A stretch of 64,000 nucleotides of DNA, taken from NCBI GenBank assembly GCA_964019425.1, contig OZ025793.1, forward strand, positions 1 to 64,000. Direction: 5' to 3'. The DNA comes from Flectonema sp. DT1601. Lineage: Eukaryota. Shown in pieces: positions 60,701 through 64,000 of the stretch (its first letter is position 1; the number at the start of each line of letters is the position of its first letter). The position numbers and the translations under genes were made by a program. The notes below the pieces were generated by a model. The model was not told the origin of the DNA, did not search any database, and saw nothing but the letters and a program-made list of their open reading frames with translations.

Positions 60701-63584
60701 TCTGTAACATCTCGTATAACAGTGCTGTGTCATCGTTATCATTCGTCTTTTGACTAAGAGTATCTTTCTCTTGTTTGTTTTCCATGTGGGGCTCCATTGT
60801 TGGATAGTCGAGGTTCGGAAATTGGAGTTTTTCCATAGGATTGTTTTTTGTAGGGCAGAATGCGAAGTGATAGTCAAATGTTTCCAAAGGATATATCCTG
60901 GCAATGTCATTCCACGTTTCATAACTTGGAGTGTGTTGAATGATATCATATCCTGTATACTCTGTATCTTTTCCGATAAATAAGATATAGTGAGTGTATG
61001 CTAATCTACGTGTAATTATAACGAATGGAAAGCGTTTTAGGTTTTGTTCTTTGAGTATATTGTTGACTTTATCTAAATCTTCTGCGCTGGTACAATGGTG
61101 TATTTCTAAGGACAGATGAATCTTGATTGTCTCATATATGACTAATTGGTGAAACCATCCATCAGGATTGAATTGAAACATTTCAACCAATCCTAACCAC
61201 TTCATTTCTTGTGTTGCCAACTCATCTTGAATCTTAAAGACTTTAGATATCTGAATTCTCTCGATGTTCAGATAATCAGCCATAAAATTAATGGTGGCCC
61301 AACCACACTCACCGCTGTTAAGGCCTTCAGCTGGTTTAGTGTGCATAGAAATAGGAAACCTTTTATCGATCGAAATATCCCATTCAGGACCTCTATCATT
61401 CTTCATAACCGGTTTATCAGTCTGAGATTTTTCCGTTTCATCTTCTTGCGTTTCTGTGGTCTTATCTGTCATAACTACATCAGTATCTGATGTGTTAGGA
61501 GTTGACTTCCCTTCTGTTGTAACTTCCGCCGATTTTCCAGGCGTGTCAACCTTGAGGAAGATTTTTTGAATATTACTTTCCGTATATTTACTTGTAATTG
61601 GAAAATAATAACCTCCATTAGTACGACCAACAACCATGTGACATTCGTGATTCACATGTTTGTTAATTATTTCACGGGTTGTCTTACCCTGGTCGTATGA
61701 TAGAATACTGATGTTAACAGGTAGTATTTTGTCGAAGTCTTTGCAAAATTTGGTTACTTTAAATATCCCATTGCGATATTTAATATCCAAAGCATCAATC
61801 TGTGTCTCAGTGTTCTTGTTTATTGCGGTGGAACATATTAGACATTGATCTGGATTGTTAGTGATTGAGTGACTTGCAATCCGGAATGCAGTAACCATGG
61901 TGTTATTACATTTTTTGAGTTTTGCATACCCAACGTTCTTATCGAGTAACATGTTATAAATGTCATCTCGTCCATTCAGTTTGTAGTACTGTTGGATTGT
62001 TTTCTTCTCAGAGGTGACGGGTAGTTCCTTGTCATATCTCCAATTTGTCTTGAAAAAGAATTGCTGGAGGTTATCTCTCTGTTTCGGAAAATCCCAGTAT
62101 GTACTAAGAATGAAATCTTTGTATTGTGGGAAGAGGCTCTTCTTCGAGTACCCTCGGCTGCGTAGCCTGTAAATCACCTTTTCGATTTCCAAGTATAAGT
62201 CGAAGTCGTTGTTGATATTGGTTGCTGCTCTGTACAAGGCTCCTTTCAATATGCCCGGACCAAGGCTTCTTGGTGCGTTTGATGTCGAGCTTGTGTATTT
62301 GATGGGTTGAAAATTGAACAGATTTTCTTTGTCCCATATTGACAGACGAATGAATGGATGTCCTCTTGGTCTTTCTTCAAATCTTACTCTCATTCCTAGG
62401 AAAACTATGTCATTGCGTCCAAGTGACGTATCTGTGTATGACATTTGATATTCAGCTTGCGGAGGTGGAGTAGGTTCATTCTTACTAAAGATTAGAAAGT
62501 CATCAATATATCTGAAGATTATCCTGTCATTAGCAATACTTAAACCATTGCTATGGATGATGTTGTCAATCCAGTTCTTTTCGATACCAAAGCAGTACAG
62601 ATTAGCAATGTGAGGAGAGCATTGAGAACCCATTGGAATACCATGACATTGCCTTAACATATGGTCACCATTTTTAATATAAGAATTAGATAGTATTACA
62701 TTCAGTAGTTCCTTGATCTCCTCTATGTTGTAAGCAACTTGCACATCTTCGTTAAATTCGTTTGCCAAGTAGAAATCTTTACCAATTCGACTTCGTTTAT
62801 CTCTAACTATCAAATTGTCTCCAATGTATTCTTCGACTAATGTATTAATAACAGCTTTAATTTTTGTATGTGGTAAGTTGGTGTACATATCCGAGAAGTC
62901 AAAAGTGCTAACTCTCATTTCTTGAAGAGAGGAGTAGTTACTTTTAATGTACTGAGCAACTTCATCAACATTATCCACAATGAAGTATTTTCTGACTCCT
63001 GTTGTATCAGATTTCTCTGTTTCGACTTTTTTAACTATAGACATAAATGTTTTCATGATACCAGAGAATTCTGTAGCCATGTCTGTGGTTGCAGAAAAAG
63101 GTGCCGGTGAAATTCTGGAGTTAATGTACCGAACTTCCATTGTTTTGTTAGACTTGCCAGCTATGAATCTGAATTTAGGTGGAACCTTGTGCATCTTTGG
63201 ATTACCATATAAGTATGGTAAGTTATCGGTATGTCGAAACTTATGTTTTTTGTTGATGCTTTCAATGTTCTTCATTATGGGTTCTCTCTGTTCTTCCGGA
63301 ATTGTAAGATAAACAGAGTTGTTGTTGACTTGTTCACTCAACTTGTGCGTATAATACTTCTTACAACATACAGCAATATCGTGAGTTGTTTTGTCAATAT
63401 TAGTAAATACAAGGTGCTCTCTGAGTTTCTTGACTTCTTTTTCGACTTGTTTGAATTCATCTACAATGTCAATTTGTGGAAGTTTCCCGATTTGTTTTTT
63501 AATGGCATTCTTTAGGAATTTACTCAGCGGAGTAAATTTTTCATCCATAAAATACTGAATGATATAATCGTCAATCGAATTCAT
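57783..63584 (-). mobile_element. Penelope-like retroelement ORF (1933 aa): RT plus a very long C-terminal extension, no recognisable GIY-YIG endonuclease
   Basis: PLE RT motifs DK, LPYLYGNPKMHK..FRFI, TFDFSDMYT, GIPMGSQCSP.IANLY, FRYIDD, FLG, and thumb ..LRSRGY. The ORF is uninterrupted. Confidence 0.88.
60133..60615 (-). repeat. 21-bp coding minisatellite, 23 units of (E/K)V(T/I)Q(D/E)PK
   Basis: GGATCTTGAGTGACTTCCTTT-type units inside the PLE ORF. Confidence 0.95.
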
Positions 63585-64000
63585 TATTTCCTGTGATATG
63601 CTTCTCGGGTCTTCAAAGATGCGGGTGTCAGATTGAGACGCTTACGGAAAGGAATGCGTCGCCATTCCTTTCCATTCCTTGTACATCGATCGATTTGGAT
63701 GTCCAATTTGTGCCTGGCTGATGAGCAAAGGAGATCGTCTACTTCCGACAAAGATTGTTTGTCAGGAAGAAGAAGTACACAGTGAGAAACGATCATTTGA
63801 CGATTGGGCTGCAATCAAAAGGATCAAAACGGATATTTGCAGCGTAACAGACAACGACACGGGCGGTGGGGAAAAACTTGTAGTTGTTAATCAAAGAAAA
63901 TTACGTTTAAAAGGGAAAACTATATTTTTGTCTTATCGACTAGAAGACGTGGTCGAATCTGGTAATTCGGACGGCGGGGGAATGAACAACGGACTCCCCG

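Noticed and set aside
62000..63584. Telomerase reverse transcriptase (TERT)
   Set aside because: No TEN/TRBD region or T motif precedes the RT. The PKMHK, GIPMG and RYIDD pattern and the adjacent hammerhead fit a Penelope-like element.
63718..63790. Plus-strand CTGATGA as a second hammerhead
   Set aside because: I found no stem II closing onto a GAAA and no matching stem I/III partners.

Overview
Eukaryotic nuclear DNA, most likely from a euglenozoan (diplonemid-like). The evidence is that all credible genes lie on one strand, there are GT-AG introns with GTATGT donors and A-rich ...AAACAG acceptors, and a TATE/VIPER-type element is present. The taxon is an inference. The window opens with ~8.35 kb of almost perfect (GGGTTTGC)n, a telomere-like octamer whose G-rich strand points inward, opposite to a canonical telomere if position 1 is a chromosome end. 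Short tracts of the same repeat (9321-9400, 15131-15173) flank a 5.7-kb tyrosine-recombinase retrotransposon (gag, YR, RT/RNase H; split direct repeats A1..B1-A2-B2). It sits at a fixed position in the repeat unit with no target duplication. A truncated sibling element shares the same insertion phase and a conserved hairpin arm at its terminus. The AT-rich middle carries minus-strand host genes: phosphoserine aminotransferase, a PAM2/polyQ protein, a ubiquitin-like-domain protein, a lipase-3-like membrane protein, RPS16 and a secreted Cys-rich protein. The right end holds a 1933-aa Penelope-like RT ORF with no recognisable endonuclease and a candidate Josephin-like protease domain. Its 3' region has a candidate hammerhead ribozyme whose three strands are in a non-circularly permuted order. 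All calls are by eye, without database searches. Additional small exons in 19-28 kb and 39-54 kb could not be resolved.
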